Shown: positions 39,284 through 53,224 of the stretch, in pieces
Position numbering within the stretch: position 1 is the first letter of the stretch
How the letters are laid out: the number at the start of each line of letters is the position of its first letter
Source: Tubiluchus corallicola
Lineage: Eukaryota; Animalia; Priapulida
Direction of reading: 5' to 3'
Length of the DNA stretch: 64,000 nt
NCBI GenBank assembly: GCA_030141605.1
Contig: JAQGDQ010000462.1
Location: 117,640-181,639, forward strand
Program-made: the position numbers and the translations under genes
Notes under the pieces: generated by a model
What the model was told of the DNA's origin: nothing
What the model saw: only the letters and a program-made list of their open reading frames with translations
Databases searched by the model: none

Positions 39284-41257
39284 CGCTATTCTTATTAAAT
39301 TTTTTATTATACCTTTTATGTATTTTAAATGTGAAATAAAATTGTGCTATGAAATGAATTTGGATTTTTCCGTGTCTCTGGACGTGCGTTTGTATTTACC
39401 TGGTTGCTGCTTGCAGTGAACTGAACTCAATGATGCACGTCCATCACACATGTGAGTCTGGTAAAATTGCTCGACTATTAAGCTGTTCTCATTACAAGCA
39501 TAGTGCTGCTATCTGTTGGACTCGTTCAATAGCAAGTTTTAACCTACTCTTTTGATTTAATTATCAGATTCCCTGCGGTATTATTATATTTAATTGTGAA
39601 AATCTGGGGCGTACTTCAAATTGGGGTGGATATAAAAACTCCCTTTTTCCTTTAAACTTAAGACACAAAGTTGTAATTTACGTAAAGATTTCAAGAGCGT
39701 AACTTAGTAAGAAACGCAACTCAAGGTTGTTCATTGCCCAGAGATCACATCCTGTATTTTCTGTAACGATTTTTAAAGAGCAGCTTGCTGCCTTTCAAAT
39801 CACCTTGCAAACCAGAACCTGACAATAAAGTAGTTGTTTGTGCACGATGAATGTCCTTCAGATGTTACTCGCCCACACCATAATAATCCAGGTAAAACTT
39901 CCCTCGTCAATTTAAAAAGCTACATTATAATTACATAAAGAGTTGCAATTTAAGTGTTCTTTGTATGTTATGTAAAGCTGTTCAAGGTTGGTCATTGCTC
40001 AGAGCAATTCTAGTCACGCAGGCAAACATTATATTGGAAAAATCTCGCCTCAGTAATTTAAAATGGCTCATTATAATTATCGTTTGTCTCAATCACTATT
40101 ACGTTGTCAACGCGAATTATTGAAAATTATAGCTGTTCTTTGTCTGCAGCTGTAATAGGAGGTATCTATTGCTGCCTGTGGCAGAAGTTTTGAAAAGGAA
40201 ATAACGTAATTACATCATTTAATCAGTTTAATAATAGAAGTTAACATCCTGCTTCCTGTTCAGAGCAGAAAGCGCATCAGAAAATCAGGTTTGAATTGAA
40301 TTAAAATAAAGTAAATTGAATTGGTTGATAATGAGGGTGTAGCGTAGATCGTGTCTCCGTCGATTAGACACGCCAGTTGTTACAAGTTCTGCTTTCTGTT
40401 ATGAGATCTCTATTGTTAACATGGGTATTTTCAAAAAGATAAACTCTAATGAATGCAGACAAGTTCAATGGGTAAAATATTGCCTTTTGTGGGAAGCATC
40501 GTGTAAGCTGAATTAGCCAGGCCCTTGTGGATTGAAATTTTGGCCAGTCACTCGGATGAATATTTTGGAGTAATTGATAATAATTTACGTGCAAACACTA
40601 ACACTGTGCAGGAAAATGCAAAGGGATTATATCGGATGGGGCACAAAAAATGTGCCAAACTTTAAACAGAAATAAGACTAGAAGCAAGTGCCCTTTATTT
40701 CACACTGCAGAGTTACGATCCAAGGCTTTGCTACAGCAAAATCTTAATTAACAATGCTTGCACTAGCTTTGGTAATCTTCTAAAAATTGATTTTAATATT
40801 TGACTAAAACATGACGTCTAAATTTTTCGCCTTCATGCCTGAAATACGTTATACTTAGTAAAGTATTCCTTGACAATGAAGCATTGCCTTTACGTTTTCA
40901 GGAGAAATATCTTTGTCATTTAATATGCACAAATCTATGCGACAACTGTGACATTCAAAACCAGATAAATCTTTTTATATGTGAATAAAAGCATCGAGTA
41001 AAAGTGAGCGAAATCGGTATTTGGACTGACCATTCACCGCACTGCCTCCTCACAAATTTCAATTAGTTTAGATTATTTATTCACTCTGAAAATACAATTG
41101 TACATTTACGTGAATAAGATTAATTACAATTAACGATAATTAGCTAATGTCTACATTAATTTGTCGTTTCGCGTTAATTTACTAAAAGTGTGAAAAACAA
41201 ATATAAATCACATGTCGCAAGCGTAGTGCGCTAAATTTAACGCATGGCGCCCTACAG

Positions 41258-41748
41258 CTGAGGTGTGAAAATTGTGGCCCGCGGGCCACTTGCGGCCAAG
41301 CGAGAAAATTTGTGCGGCCCGCGAAGAGATTTGTCAACCTAATGAAAGTGCGATTAATTGAGTGTAGCCAGCTGAAGTCTGTGCCACGATCCCTAAGATA
41401 GTGCGGGTAGTTTTTTCTACTAGATCGGATGCCATTAGCCCTTACAAGACGGTGGTAGCTTAATATCACTGTACTACACAGACTGTGTGATACACGTTAC
41501 TAATATGCATTGTAATGAAATTACCACTATCTGTCCAGAAAGTAGAAATATATGGTTTGTAATATAAATTTTAATAAGTTCTAAAATAGTTTCTTGAGTG
41601 TAGTAGTATTGATGTACGCAGGTCGGATGCAAAAAAATCGTTATTAGGCCTTTCTGTACTTGATTCATTGATCAAACTGCCTGTGGCTCGCAGGAATTGC
41701 GGGAAAGTTTAATGTGGTCCGGCTAGTCAGATAATTTGCACACCCCAC
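41258..41748 (+). mobile_element. hAT-like MITE
   Basis: Degenerate TIRs gaggtgtgaaaatt / aatttgcacacccc, with the subterminal palindrome GGCCCGCGGGCC typical of hAT (Charlie-type) derivatives. Confidence 0.6.
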
Positions 41749-41802
41749 CACAGTATTAAACCATGACATGACAAGACATGACATATTCGACGCATTAAAT
41801 CA

Positions 41803-42322
41803 CTACCCGTTCTCATTGGTTGCTGGACTTCTTCTTGATGACGTTAAACTAAAATGGCGGAGTTGTTGGACACGGGTTGTGAATGCGTGTAACGTTCTAA
41901 AGTTCTGTACAGCAGTTGCACTGCTACCTCGCATTATGTTTGAGCATAGCTATGCTGCTTGATTTACCTGTCTTCTGATAAACTAAAACATTACGAGTAC
42001 AGTGTACCACAGCAACTAAAATCTTGTATGTATCAAATACATCCAATTAATGGTCTTTCTATGTACGCATGTGTTATGTAAAATCTGTGTAGTATTTATG
42101 ATGTGTTATTATCGATAATTGTGTGTTTGCCATTAAAATCACCCATCATAGTTGAAACTATGTTATGATACTTCAAAGTAAAATTCGTGTTCCATTTTTT
42201 CAGGTTTTGCATTTTCACCAGTTTTCAAAACAGTAACAAAACTTTTAATCTTGTAATCGACAACTCCGCCATTTTAAATTGACGTCAGCGAGGCGAATTC
42301 CCTCAGCCAATCAGAATGCGTA
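41803..42322. mobile_element. MITE-like element with ~65-bp imperfect inverted arms
   Basis: ttctcattggtt...gatgacgttaaactaaaatggcggagttgt pairs with acaactccgccattttaaattgacgtcag...agccaatcagaa. Confidence 0.65.
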
Positions 42323-43687
42323 TGAAAGTACTGCCCCGAGATTCTTGTAGCTACTGTTCTAACGGCGCCATTGAATGACGTAATGTACGAGCAACGTAAA
42401 TGAGGTGAAGAAAAAGAAATATTAAACATTCCGTGCAAAGTTGTGTTACTTAGAATTTCGCTTACCTGTTTGAAACACTGGTGTAACTAGAAATAATAAT
42501 TGAAAATGTTTGTGCCAATTGGTAAAGTATCGCTGACTCACGTATTTTTAAAATCATTGACAAGATACAGTAATTTAAAATTTTACTTAGTTAGTGACGC
42601 GTGCGCTGTGAATGCTCTAATTATTTTTCAATCTTTACACAAAGTTATCTAAACTTGTTTCAAAACGACTTGTCATCAAAATGGCTGCATTTAACGGTGA
42701 TCGCAGGAGTTTAAATTTACATGTTTTGTACATCGTTACTACCGACGCATTTTCTTGATTGCAAAAAAAGTCAGTAGGTAAGTGGTATAAAATTTCAAAA
42801 CGAATTTTTTATTTAACTGGAGGGTTTTCATTTGCTCTAAGACTAACTGTGTGCGTGATCGCAAAATGGCTTGGCTGAACCTAATTAGTTGTCACAGAAA
42901 ATCCAATCTGTTGAGTCAATGACACAAGTTTAGCGAAATTATTTCACATCTATATAGCGGCCTTCAACTATGTGAATAGCAATCTATACAATCTTCGTAA
43001 ACAACTTATGTACCATTTACCTCTTTGCCGTTCTTAGGGCATATGCATTTTTTAATTACCAGTAAGTTCATTACTACTGTATACACTGCGACACGAGATA
43101 TTAATAATGGATTTTAGTAAGATTAATTTTAATGTGGTAAATTATTGTCTTTTAAATGTTAAACTTCAGTCCATCTTAATTAATGTTGTTTAAAGTCGTG
43201 CAATGTAATTTTCTTGAAATTTAAACTTGTGTGTATCTTAGTTAAGGGCGAGTCCAACTATTGATGACGTCACAAACTAACATAATTCTCAACAGCACAT
43301 ATATTCCACGAGCGTGTTGCGCGTGTTTGCGAAAACGAAAATTGAATGTCTTAAACTGCAGATATCAGCACTTCTCTCACATGAGGAATTTACATTCAGA
43401 AAAAAAGCCTTTAGATTCTAAAATTTTATTCTCAGATAACAACTCACTGTTCAGCTCAGGCATATAGGTACAAAACTTCCGATGTTATTGTATAAAAAAC
43501 TCTGACCGAGTTCTTAAAATTATCACCAAAAATTTTTTTCCTTGTGGTAAAATATGATTGAAGTTTAGCAAAGTGGGAGAGCGAAAGTAGGAAAGCTCGC
43601 TACATAAATTGAGGTGCATTGCCTATGTAAAAGAAGTAAGTTTAAAACCGTTTAAGTGACGCACAATGAAAGAAAAAAAGGAGCAAA

Positions 43688-43776
43688 CCGTAATCCGTAA
43701 TCCATAATCCGTAATCCATAATCCGTAATCCGTAATCCGTAATCCATAATCCGTAATCCATAATCCGTAATCCGTA
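43688..43776. repeat. TAATCC(G/A) 7-bp tandem repeat
   Basis: Directly visible. Confidence 0.9.
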
Positions 43777-44257
43777 AGCCACAAGGCGTCTTCCAACTTC
43801 CATAAAGCGCCTGTCGGAATCAGCACTCTGCGTCTTTCTCTGGGTAACTAACAAGGAATTTTGCCACAGTCCGTTTTCTTGGGCGGGAATCACAAAATTG
43901 AATCAGTTTTCCCGATAATTCAGAATGTCGAAAACGCGTCAATCACTGGATCCGGTTACATTATGGTTCGTAACTGTTAGTGTCTCTGAGAGGAATTTAT
44001 AACAAATCTTCAAAAGTCTCAGGTGAATTTCATGTAAACCACTGATCTTTATTTATCCTTGCGGCATACATCTAAATGAAAAATTTCACTAGCTTGTACA
44101 AGACATGTTCTCTCTTTCAACAGAACAGCATAATGACAAACGTAACCAGGTCAGTGCACACACCTTAAACTTTCTCACTAGATGGAGCCACCTTTGCTAC
44201 AAAATTAAAATTTATTGTCAGGTTCACACTGGCCTTAACAGGGAAGGAAAGCTCAAA

Positions 44258-44395
44258 CGAACAAAACGAACAATGTAGCTCAGATCCATTTATGGCAGCA
44301 GGCGAACAAAACGAACAATGTGGCTCAGATCCATTTATGGCAGCAGGCGAACAAAACGAACAATGTGGCTCAGATCCATTTATGGCAGCAGGCGA
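44258..44395. repeat. 45-bp tandem repeat x3
   Basis: Unit cgaacaaaacgaacaatgtggctcagatccatttatggcagcagg. Confidence 0.92.
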
Positions 44396-47289
44396 AGTAA
44401 AGGAGAATTTGCAACTTTATTTCAAACGATCAAAAGAAATAACGAAAAATGTTTTCAACTACACTAGAATTTACGTCTGTCAGTTTATTGTAATAATAGA
44501 TTCAGGTCCATACATTGTATAATTTCTTACGTGTTGTGTACGTCTTTACGTGATATGGCAATCGTAAGTGAGTGTTGCGGATTAAAATGCTTTAGTTTTG
44601 TGCATATGACACAAGCAACTGTAGACATAAAAAATTAGTAGTTAAGATCAAAATAAAGGCAAGCAATGCAATACAGATATAACAATTACACATCCTTATT
44701 AACCACATACCTATTACACAATATTTATGCATATTATGTGATACTAATGGAAAACACCAATGAAAACTTAATTAACACAAAGCCAATTTTAAATTCTTAA
44801 AAAGCATTATTACACTGAGTAGCATTTATGGTATCTTCTATCACTGAACAAACGGTTTCTTCCTCAGATACCATATTTCATTTTTCTCACTTCATTTTTG
44901 TTAGTGAAATTAATGCAATAGTTATTTTTTATATTTAAAGTTAAACAATTGTAGACTATGACCTAAGATAGATCTTGTTGAAAATTCAGCTTGTCTAACA
45001 AAATAATTAACTAATCTATTGCGGCTGGTCACACAAGTTACATAATATTGCACCAAACGCTTCTCAGATTGTTTACTAGGGCAATAAATTTTACTGATGT
45101 ATTGTAAAATGAACCTGTGAGTTTTATTTGGCAGCTTCCATAGTTATTTAACAAGCCATATAACGTTTTAAATAATTAACGAGCTATAGTAACTCCACGA
45201 GACTTGTTGTGATTATCAGCCTTACATGTAAATTTAAGAAATTGGTTTGGAATTGAAATTCTTGCATTCATCTATATTCCCTGAACAACAAAACTGGACG
45301 TTTTAAATTTTGCTGATCTTACAATTTGTAAAAGTCGTGAGAAATGCTCGTTTGTTTTGGAAAACTATGTTTATTTTATTTTAATTTTGATGTTAAAAAT
45401 TGCAGGCACATTTACTAAAACTTTAATTTTTATAATATTTATAAAGCAGAAGCAGCTTGTAAAACTTTTGATTTTAGTTAATCCATGGATATAAAAGGAA
45501 TAATGTTGAATGTTAAAATAAAATTCTTATTGTGTCACTGCTATTATAGGCGCATGAGACTTTCTTCGCCATTAATGTCAGATTCCCTCATCGTAAATAT
45601 ATTTGCTTTTGAGTTTTATTGCCAAATTTTAATTCTTACACTTCCTTGGCATTATTACTGTCACGGCCATGTGATGCATGACCGCTAACTGGCCGATATA
45701 CAGGGCCATTCATCACTATAAGATTTTCAACAGTATAGAAGCCATTGGATACTATGCATTATGTACAAGGTCATTCTATCTAGGTTAATGTTTGCCCACT
45801 TCATTCAGGTACCGAATTTTCTGTTGAACGGATGTCTATCCAGGCCGTTTTTACCTGGTCGACATAGTTGGTACTTTTCTTCTGTTCGTCATATGTTTGA
45901 GACACGTTTTGTCTATGAGTTTTGTTTTGGCCTTAATGGCAAAATTTAGTTGATGTCCTGTGAGAGACAATAGTTAAATGTACAATGTTGCATCGACAAC
46001 CTTTACGTAACACCAGCACGACTCAGGAGTGAAGTAATTGTCTTGTCATACTTCTTCACTTAGAGGAGTTCTTGGACAACTCACCCTGTGAGAGATTCTG
46101 AAACTTCCGGAGCATTGGTGGAGTGTTTACATAGTGGTGGAGTCCGCAGCCTCCTGGTTACGCTATTCGGCGGTAGAGGAGACGCAGAGATACGACTACG
46201 ATTCCAGATTAAACTACTTGTGGCGTGTAAGAACTCATGGATCGGCTACATGGTGGAGCATCCTCCTTATTCCAGTAGAGGATCGTGGATTTGGGACTGT
46301 GAACCGTCTTTGGTGCATCCTGGAAGAGCCGGCCATCGGGAACTACGTTTAAACATGAGTATACTCCTCGCTGCTTGTTAAATCTGGGCCCAGTAGGTAT
46401 TATTTTCTCCTGTATGTACAATTGTTCTTTGCTTTGTTCTTGTTCAATAATATACTGTATGATTTGCACAGCACCCAGGTGTTTAATAGTTCTATTTCAA
46501 AGCTTGTGAAAACATTTTACGATTAACAACTCAATGATTATATTTAGTAAAATAATCGAGTCCTATAGGAGAATTGCCTCAACATGAACCCAAACGCTTC
46601 GTGATGAAATTAGTAGAAATGATTACCCTGACATGTACGTAAATTACGAGCTCTGTTTAGTGTTTCCTGTTTAGTCGTTCACACTCACGGAGAACATGTG
46701 ACCCGAGCTTTAGGTTTGAGACTTTTATGCTAAATTACCCTAGGCCAGTTATAATATATTAGTTTTATCCACACAAATCACCACAATTACAATTAGCAAC
46801 ATGTTATCAAACCTTATTGCTTGGATAATTATTCCCTCTGCGAGTTGCAGAACTAATTATACAAGCAATAAATTCTTGACTGCAAGCACCTATTTGCTTG
46901 TTGTTGCTAATATTTTGTTTAAACAATTCGCTTGTAGTTTACTAGCTGGAAACTAAGGACCAGTGTGCTTACCAGGTTTTAGTAATTATTAGGCCTGCGT
47001 TATTTAGTGTTTACAATGACAAAACTAAACATGCATAATTTGCAGGCTGTACATGTCGACGCTGCTTCCTACCAAACAGATATATATAAGTCACCTCATG
47101 AGAGATGCAATTTTAGCAACTATCCATCAACAAACAAAATGATAAAGTCTGTGGAGATACTTGGAAAATTCTATTCGTAATCTATCCTTGTTCTATTCGT
47201 AAATCATTCATATGCCTAGACTGCGATACGTTTTCAATCCTCATCTAAAATTTTGTTCGCCCAGTAATGGTTGTGGAAACGTAAAATGG

Positions 47290-47500
47290 CATCTAGCTCA
47301 ATTAGAATACATCAGAAAGGTAGAAACAGTCCAAAGACAGGCAACAAAGCTGGTACCAACATTGCATCGTCTAACATATTGTGAACGCATCACCCCGATA
47401 AAAACAAAACGTGGAGATATTTTTAAAACATTTCGAATCTTCAGCAATGATACCAAATTAAATCCTGAACGTTACTTTTGGGTCAACTGTACGACCTGAT
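47290..47500 (+). mobile_element. CR1-like LINE ORF2 3' fragment
   Basis: IRKVETVQRQATKLVPTLHRLTYCERI...KRGDIFKTFRI matches the CR1 motif LExVQRRATK..L.YEERL...RGD.I..FK. Confidence 0.75.
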
Positions 47501-48198
47501 GGCACAAGATCTATAATCCTAGATGCAACAACAAGAGCTGTTTCACCTATTATAAACAAAAGTTTTTTTTGACTATTTTTTGTATTTATTTATGCTGGAA
47601 GAAATAATTATTAGTGAAGCCAAAATTGATTAAATTTCAATTTAGTTACATGGATCATACAACACAATGATTTTGAAATAACAGCAGTTGAAACACCAAA
47701 CGGTTTGATAACTCAAAACACAAGAAAGAATAGAATATTGAACAATTTTTTGGAAGCGTTTTCGTTCCCGTGTTTTAGTTGAAGGAACCTAAAAGACATG
47801 AATACTTGAAAACCGAGTTTATGAAAAGTTCTGGAAATTTGCAAACCAGGCCTGTGCACGATCATTACATTTTTGCTTTTTACTTTCAGAACATTTGGGT
47901 TTTTGAGCCAAACGCTGATTACTGGTAAATCTGGACATTTTTTCATTTATAAATCGTGTTTGGAACTTGGCTATTATTTTTCAGTAAAATGTCATTCAAC
48001 CAATCAATAAGATGTACATGCGCAAGCCTTGACAAGTTTATACTGGACAAGATAAAACCAATAAAATTTCTTCAACTCCGTGATTTACAACAATGTCGTA
48101 CCAAGCGTATCGTACGGCGGAGTACAATATAATTTACTGTTTCAATTTTGAATGCCATTTTCAGGTGTGAATGACTTAATACAAGTATAATTGCTGGA

Positions 48199-49383
48199 AT
48201 GTCGATCGTCGACTGTGATCAATATTCTCTATCAAGTATTTTTGAAATTAATCTGAAAGAGGCTAAACATTTGTTGCTTTGTGCATTTATATTTATTTCG
48301 TGTTATTTAATAATAAGCCATTTCGCTCAACAAAATTCAGTGCAACATTTACAACACAAGCAAATGTTGGATTCAATTCACGTGGCACTGACAGCTTGTG
48401 GTAATGAGACACGTGTTCTGGAGCAATTTTTGGTTGTGGCAAAATCCTCACTCATGATGACAACACCTTTTATTAACTTTCACATTTTTGTTGATAACGA
48501 AAATACAAGAAAATATGCAATCAAAACGCTAAGTGAAATGAAGAAATCAAAATCATTTAGAGCAAACTTTTACCGTCCCTGGTATCCTCCAGTTGAAAAT
48601 TACACCAAGTGGCTGAACCCGGGAAAGAAACGTTGCAATACAGCATGGCTGTTCCTACCAGATGTTTTATCAAACGTGGACAAGATTTTGGCGATTGATT
48701 TAGACGTTATTGTGTTGAAGCCTCTAGAAGTATTGTGGCGCCACTTTGAAAATATGTACGAATCTCAGATGATGGGTCTTGCGTTTGATTTTTCTGGGCC
48801 ACATAATTCTCGTCTGCGTGACCGTTATCATAATCATGGCTATCATCAACAAACAAAGCCAGAATCATTTCTTAGGCCATTTAAGGGTTTAAATTCTGGA
48901 GTAGTTTTACTGGACTTGAACAAAATACGAAAGTCAAATTGGAAAACAGAAATAACACGAATATTTAAAATTACTAGTGAATGCAGACCAGGTAAAAGAA
49001 GTTTTCCAGCCTGTTTGATTCCCCAAAATACTTGCAATGTCTATTTTCACGAGAATCCGGAGAGGCTGTACTTTCTTCCTTGCCACTGGAACTTCTGGTG
49101 GAGGCAGGGTGTCTCTGAAGAAGTGTGTAAGACTGCTCAAATGCATGGAGTAGGAATTTTACACGGAGCTGGTGGCACGTTCTACAAAACAGAAAGAAAA
49201 TGTTCTGCTTTTTTAAATGTATTTAATCTTTTTAAATCTGTGTATTTAAATGAAACAAGAGATTCATTTATTGAAAAGCTGAAGAAATTTCGCAATCAAA
49301 CTTTGTTTCACCTCAAAGATTCTACGCTGCTTAAGTGTACATTTATTGTAGACTCTATTCTGATGTCTCTATATGGCATATAA
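48199..49383 (+). CDS. Glucoside xylosyltransferase-like protein (GT8 family, GXYLT1/2-like), type II membrane, single-exon CDS
   Basis: 394-aa ORF with N-terminal TM (LLLCAFIFISCYLII), IHVALTACG, FHIFVD, LFLPDVL..VDKILAIDLDVI (DxD at 48697-48705), GLNSGVVLLDL, NVYFHENPERLYFLPCHWN and GILHG. Splice acceptor ttttcAG at 48164 and an in-frame TGA at 48172 lie upstream of the ATG. Confidence 0.92.
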   Translation: MSIVDCDQYSLSSIFEINLKEAKHLLLCAFIFISCYLIISHFAQQNSVQHLQHKQMLDSIHVALTACGNETRVLEQFLVVAKSSLMMTTPFINFHIFVDNENTRKYAIKTLSEMKKSKSFRANFYRPWYPPVENYTKWLNPGKKRCNTAWLFLPDVLSNVDKILAIDLDVIVLKPLEVLWRHFENMYESQMMGLAFDFSGPHNSRLRDRYHNHGYHQQTKPESFLRPFKGLNSGVVLLDLNKIRKSNWKTEITRIFKITSECRPGKRSFPACLIPQNTCNVYFHENPERLYFLPCHWNFWWRQGVSEEVCKTAQMHGVGILHGAGGTFYKTERKCSAFLNVFNLFKSVYLNETRDSFIEKLKKFRNQTLFHLKDSTLLKCTFIVDSILMSLYGI

Positions 49384-51446
49384 ACGACTATAGAGGGCCG
49401 TATATCACTATGAGGTATTGTCTTTCTGCAACTAAGATGTCTGTTCATAGTTCATGCATATCTGCATGGGTAACAAAATATCAGCATGTTTTAATGATTT
49501 ACTTAATGATTTTCTAAAATATTACTTGCAAGGTCCCTCCCAAAAATTCCACGAAATTTCTCTTGTGGCACAAATTGCAGATGACTGACAGGCAGGTGCC
49601 AGCTGCTTGAATAACTTTTTTGAACTAGGACAAATGAAACAATGTTAAAAATTTAATAGTCTTTTTTGTGTATGTCAACAAGAATGATTCGTACTCTGGC
49701 TTCAGTTTTTAGCCATAACAACATGTTGATCTCAAATGACTCTGTATGGCCTTGCATGTTCTGTATGTAAAAGCATGTGTTCTGTTTGAAAAAGGGAGAT
49801 TGAAAGTTTTGACTAGACACTTGTGTACAGCTGGGGAAGAAGAACAAATTTATATCTAGTTTTAGCTGTACTAACTTTTTCATAACCAAAGATGCTTGGC
49901 TTAGTGTTGGCTTTGCACGCCTTCCTACAGTTCCTAATGCCTTTGAGAAACAAGAAACTTTGATTTTCTCAGTCGAATTTTACGTGAACCATTAGTATTT
50001 ATTGCTGCAATAATTAAAATTAAAGTGGAAGAGCAAACCGGCTTTCATATAATTTAATGAATTGCCTAAATAAATCAGTGAAATATACACTCCCTATTAA
50101 AGAGTGTAATAACAACTTGCACTAATGTTGAACTGTTTCTTTGTACTGTTGTGCTTGACAGTGAAATCTGAACTTGTCGCTTTTTCACCTGTGGCCTTTG
50201 AAGAGCATAATACTGCCTTCACGTTACTTGGTTACATAGGAATTGCATTTCGTTTTAGTAAGGTCGAAACTTGTAATATCTGGAGAAGTGACCCGCCACA
50301 AATCTAATTAGTGTAAGCTAGGTCTTTTAAAGGAAAATCGGACGATTGTGTAAACATTAGTTTAGAATAAAGAATTTTCTAGAATATTGAAAACTACAAT
50401 AGCTTTTTTTAAATCAAGCTCATTTTAAATAGTGATTACCTCGATAGCCAAATTTTGTTAAACTTTCAAAGGTACGCGAGGCTTAGTAAATCTACTAAAA
50501 GATTTGGCAACGGTTGCTTTTTGTCACAAAAAGTACGCGTGGCGGAGAAATAGAACCAGTACGGTGACAACAATCATCATGAATTGCAGCGTTAGTTTCT
50601 GACGACATACGATGTAGAGCACATTTTCGTGACATCAGGCGTTTAGGCAGGAAGTATAAAGCATGTTCATGACGATCAGTCTTTTGATCGTGTCAACAAA
50701 ACGCCTTCCTGGTTAAATGTTGGCGTATGGATATGAGGTATGGGGTTTTTACCTATGGATATGAGGTAAAAACAAATATGATTGAAATGTGTATAGTCAT
50801 TTTTATATGACATTTTTTTGTTCTGAAATTCGCGCAAAAGAACTCCGAATAAACCATGATTATGCGCAGTGTGCTCTGTGACGCCAACAAAACGTGTAGA
50901 CAAAACGCGCTGTGTGGAATTACCGTGATCATGCGCAGTGTGCCCTGTTTTCGCTTTTGCGGTAAGCTGCTACGCTGGTGGCATCAAACGGCGGATGATA
51001 AAAACTTTTCAGCCTCAAAGACTGCAATTTTATTTATTAAGTCCACCAATAGTGTTAGCAAACGCGCAGTTTTAATAATAATAATCACTTTTGCGTTTTT
51101 AATAGAACAAGAATATCTCAAATCAATTATTGGTTTAAAAAACTAAAAACATTTCATGAAAACGAAAACAATTGTAGCAACAAGTTTCAATTACGTACTT
51201 GCAAAGACTTCTTCAGTTTTCTTGTAGGTAAAATTTTAGTGTATTTCCTGAGGAAAGAGGCTAGCTGACTGCGTGATGGGCTGCTACTATGTAAAAAATA
51301 ATGCATATTTATTGATTTATTAATTTATTGATTTTTCTCTGCTTCCCTGTCTTAGAGAGAAACAGAAGAACGGAGAGAGAATCCAAGAAACAGAGAGAAA
51401 GAGAGGGAGGAAGGAAGAAAGAGAGAGAGACAGAGAGAGAGGGAGG

Positions 51447-51492
<46 letters not shown>

Positions 51493-51689
51493 CAGAGAGA
51501 GAGAAGTTGTTTGACGACAGTTAACTTAGTTTTACTTACTACTTTGGTATATACAATTAGTTGTTATGTTCTTAAGATTTTTGTATATTTTGTTTCTATG
51601 ATTTACTTATATTTTTTACTTATTGAACAAATTTTGCTCTTTTAGCACTAACATTAACATTAATGTGTATTTAAATTAATTTACAGGAG

Positions 51690-52020
51690 TGACTAGACTA
51701 GAGGACCGTATCGTTTGTTCGCCATGCCGTCTCTATAATTATTTATTAAACAAAACGTATAAATGTTAATATCACTAACAAGAAAGAGACAAATAAATAG
51801 AATTGAACTAAATAGAAATTTTTCGTATACAGGCCCTATATCTGCTGGTTTGCTTACAAAGGGAATCAAGAAATGAAAAGACAAATTTTGTGCAGTGTTT
51901 GACTATGCTTTTAGCGTTCTCTGGTTTCAATGGAAGTTTTGCTTTCTACCTGTTGATTTATGTTTAAAGGAAAACAGGACGATTTTTCATACCAAATTTC
52001 AAGTCCTATAAAATTATACA
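51690..52020 (+). repeat. Diverged direct repeat (second copy ~55270-55610)
   Basis: Shared gactagactaga...aattatttattaa...gaaagagacaaat...ggccctat...aaagggaatc...tttatgtttaaaggaa.acagga. Confidence 0.7.
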
Positions 52021-53224
52021 TTTTGATACTGCAAAACTATACGTATTGATACTGAAAAACCGTTTCTGATAAATGAAAAAATAGACTAAAAATAGCAGTT
52101 ATGTAAACTATTCCGTGTGTTGCACTAAAACTGGCAAGTTTTAAGACGGAAATTTATATTTACCGTTTTTGTATATCACATTGAATGTTGTACGATAGCA
52201 CAGCATTTTAATTTTTGCTTTCAACAAAAAACATGTATCACACACGTGGACTATTTTTGCTGTTGAAAATTCTGTTCACTTGTGACATTAGCGCCACTTG
52301 GACTCGTTCAATAGCAAGTTTTAACCTACTCTTTTGATTTAATTATCAGAGACACTGCGGTATTATTATATTTAATTGTGAATTTAATCTGGGGCGTACT
52401 TCAAATTGGGGTGGATACAAAAACTGCGCATGATCGCGGTAATTCCACATAGCACGTTTTTTCTACACGCTATGATGGCGTGTCACAGAGCACACTGCGC
52501 ATGATCGCGGTAATTCCACATAGCACGTTTTTTCTACACGCTTTGATGGCGTCCCAGAGCACACTGCGCATAATCACGGTGTACGCGGAATTCTTTTGCG
52601 CGAATTTGCGCAAAACTTTGCTATGTAAATAACAGTTTGTGTTTTTGCGCTAGAGATCTGAAATGTTTTAAATTGTTTACAACTAATGATTTTAATAAAC
52701 TAAATTTAATTACAATCTGCATAAACTGAATGCAACTCTGACTGTGAAGTAATGCGCATAAATTTATTTATTTATTTTCTAAAGTTTATTTCAGTACGAA
52801 AAAATGTCATATAAAAGTTGAAAATTACCCTAAAAACTAAGAAATATTACACGCCACGCACAGTTAAACGAGCTACGAAAATACGTAAAAACAATAAAAA
52901 CATTATAAGAAATATAAAACACAAAGAATCAGTTAAAAACCAGCAGTTACTACATCAATAAATGAGGTCATCTTCTAAATATTCTACTATATATATGAAA
53001 TTGCACACCAGTTTGGTTGCATTTATAATTTACAATAAAATGTGCTGATCCAATCATTCTTGTTCTTAAACTATAGACAGAGTGATGCTGCAAGTACTTT
53101 ATTGCGTTGTTTTCTACAAATGTTGTTCACTGCAATGAAATGATTTGTGCAATTCTTGTTTGCTCAAGGGTTAATATTTGCAGTAATTCTTCACTCTCAT
53201 CCATAATAAGATGATGTAGCTGCT

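Noticed and set aside
43688-43776. Telomere-like repeat
   Set aside because: The unit (C/T)GGATTA is not TTAGGG or TTAGG, and the tract is short and interstitial.
45959-46498. Possible solo LTR (GC-richer TG...CA block); similar block at ~35349-36030
   Set aside because: No target-site duplication or second copy is visible in the window.
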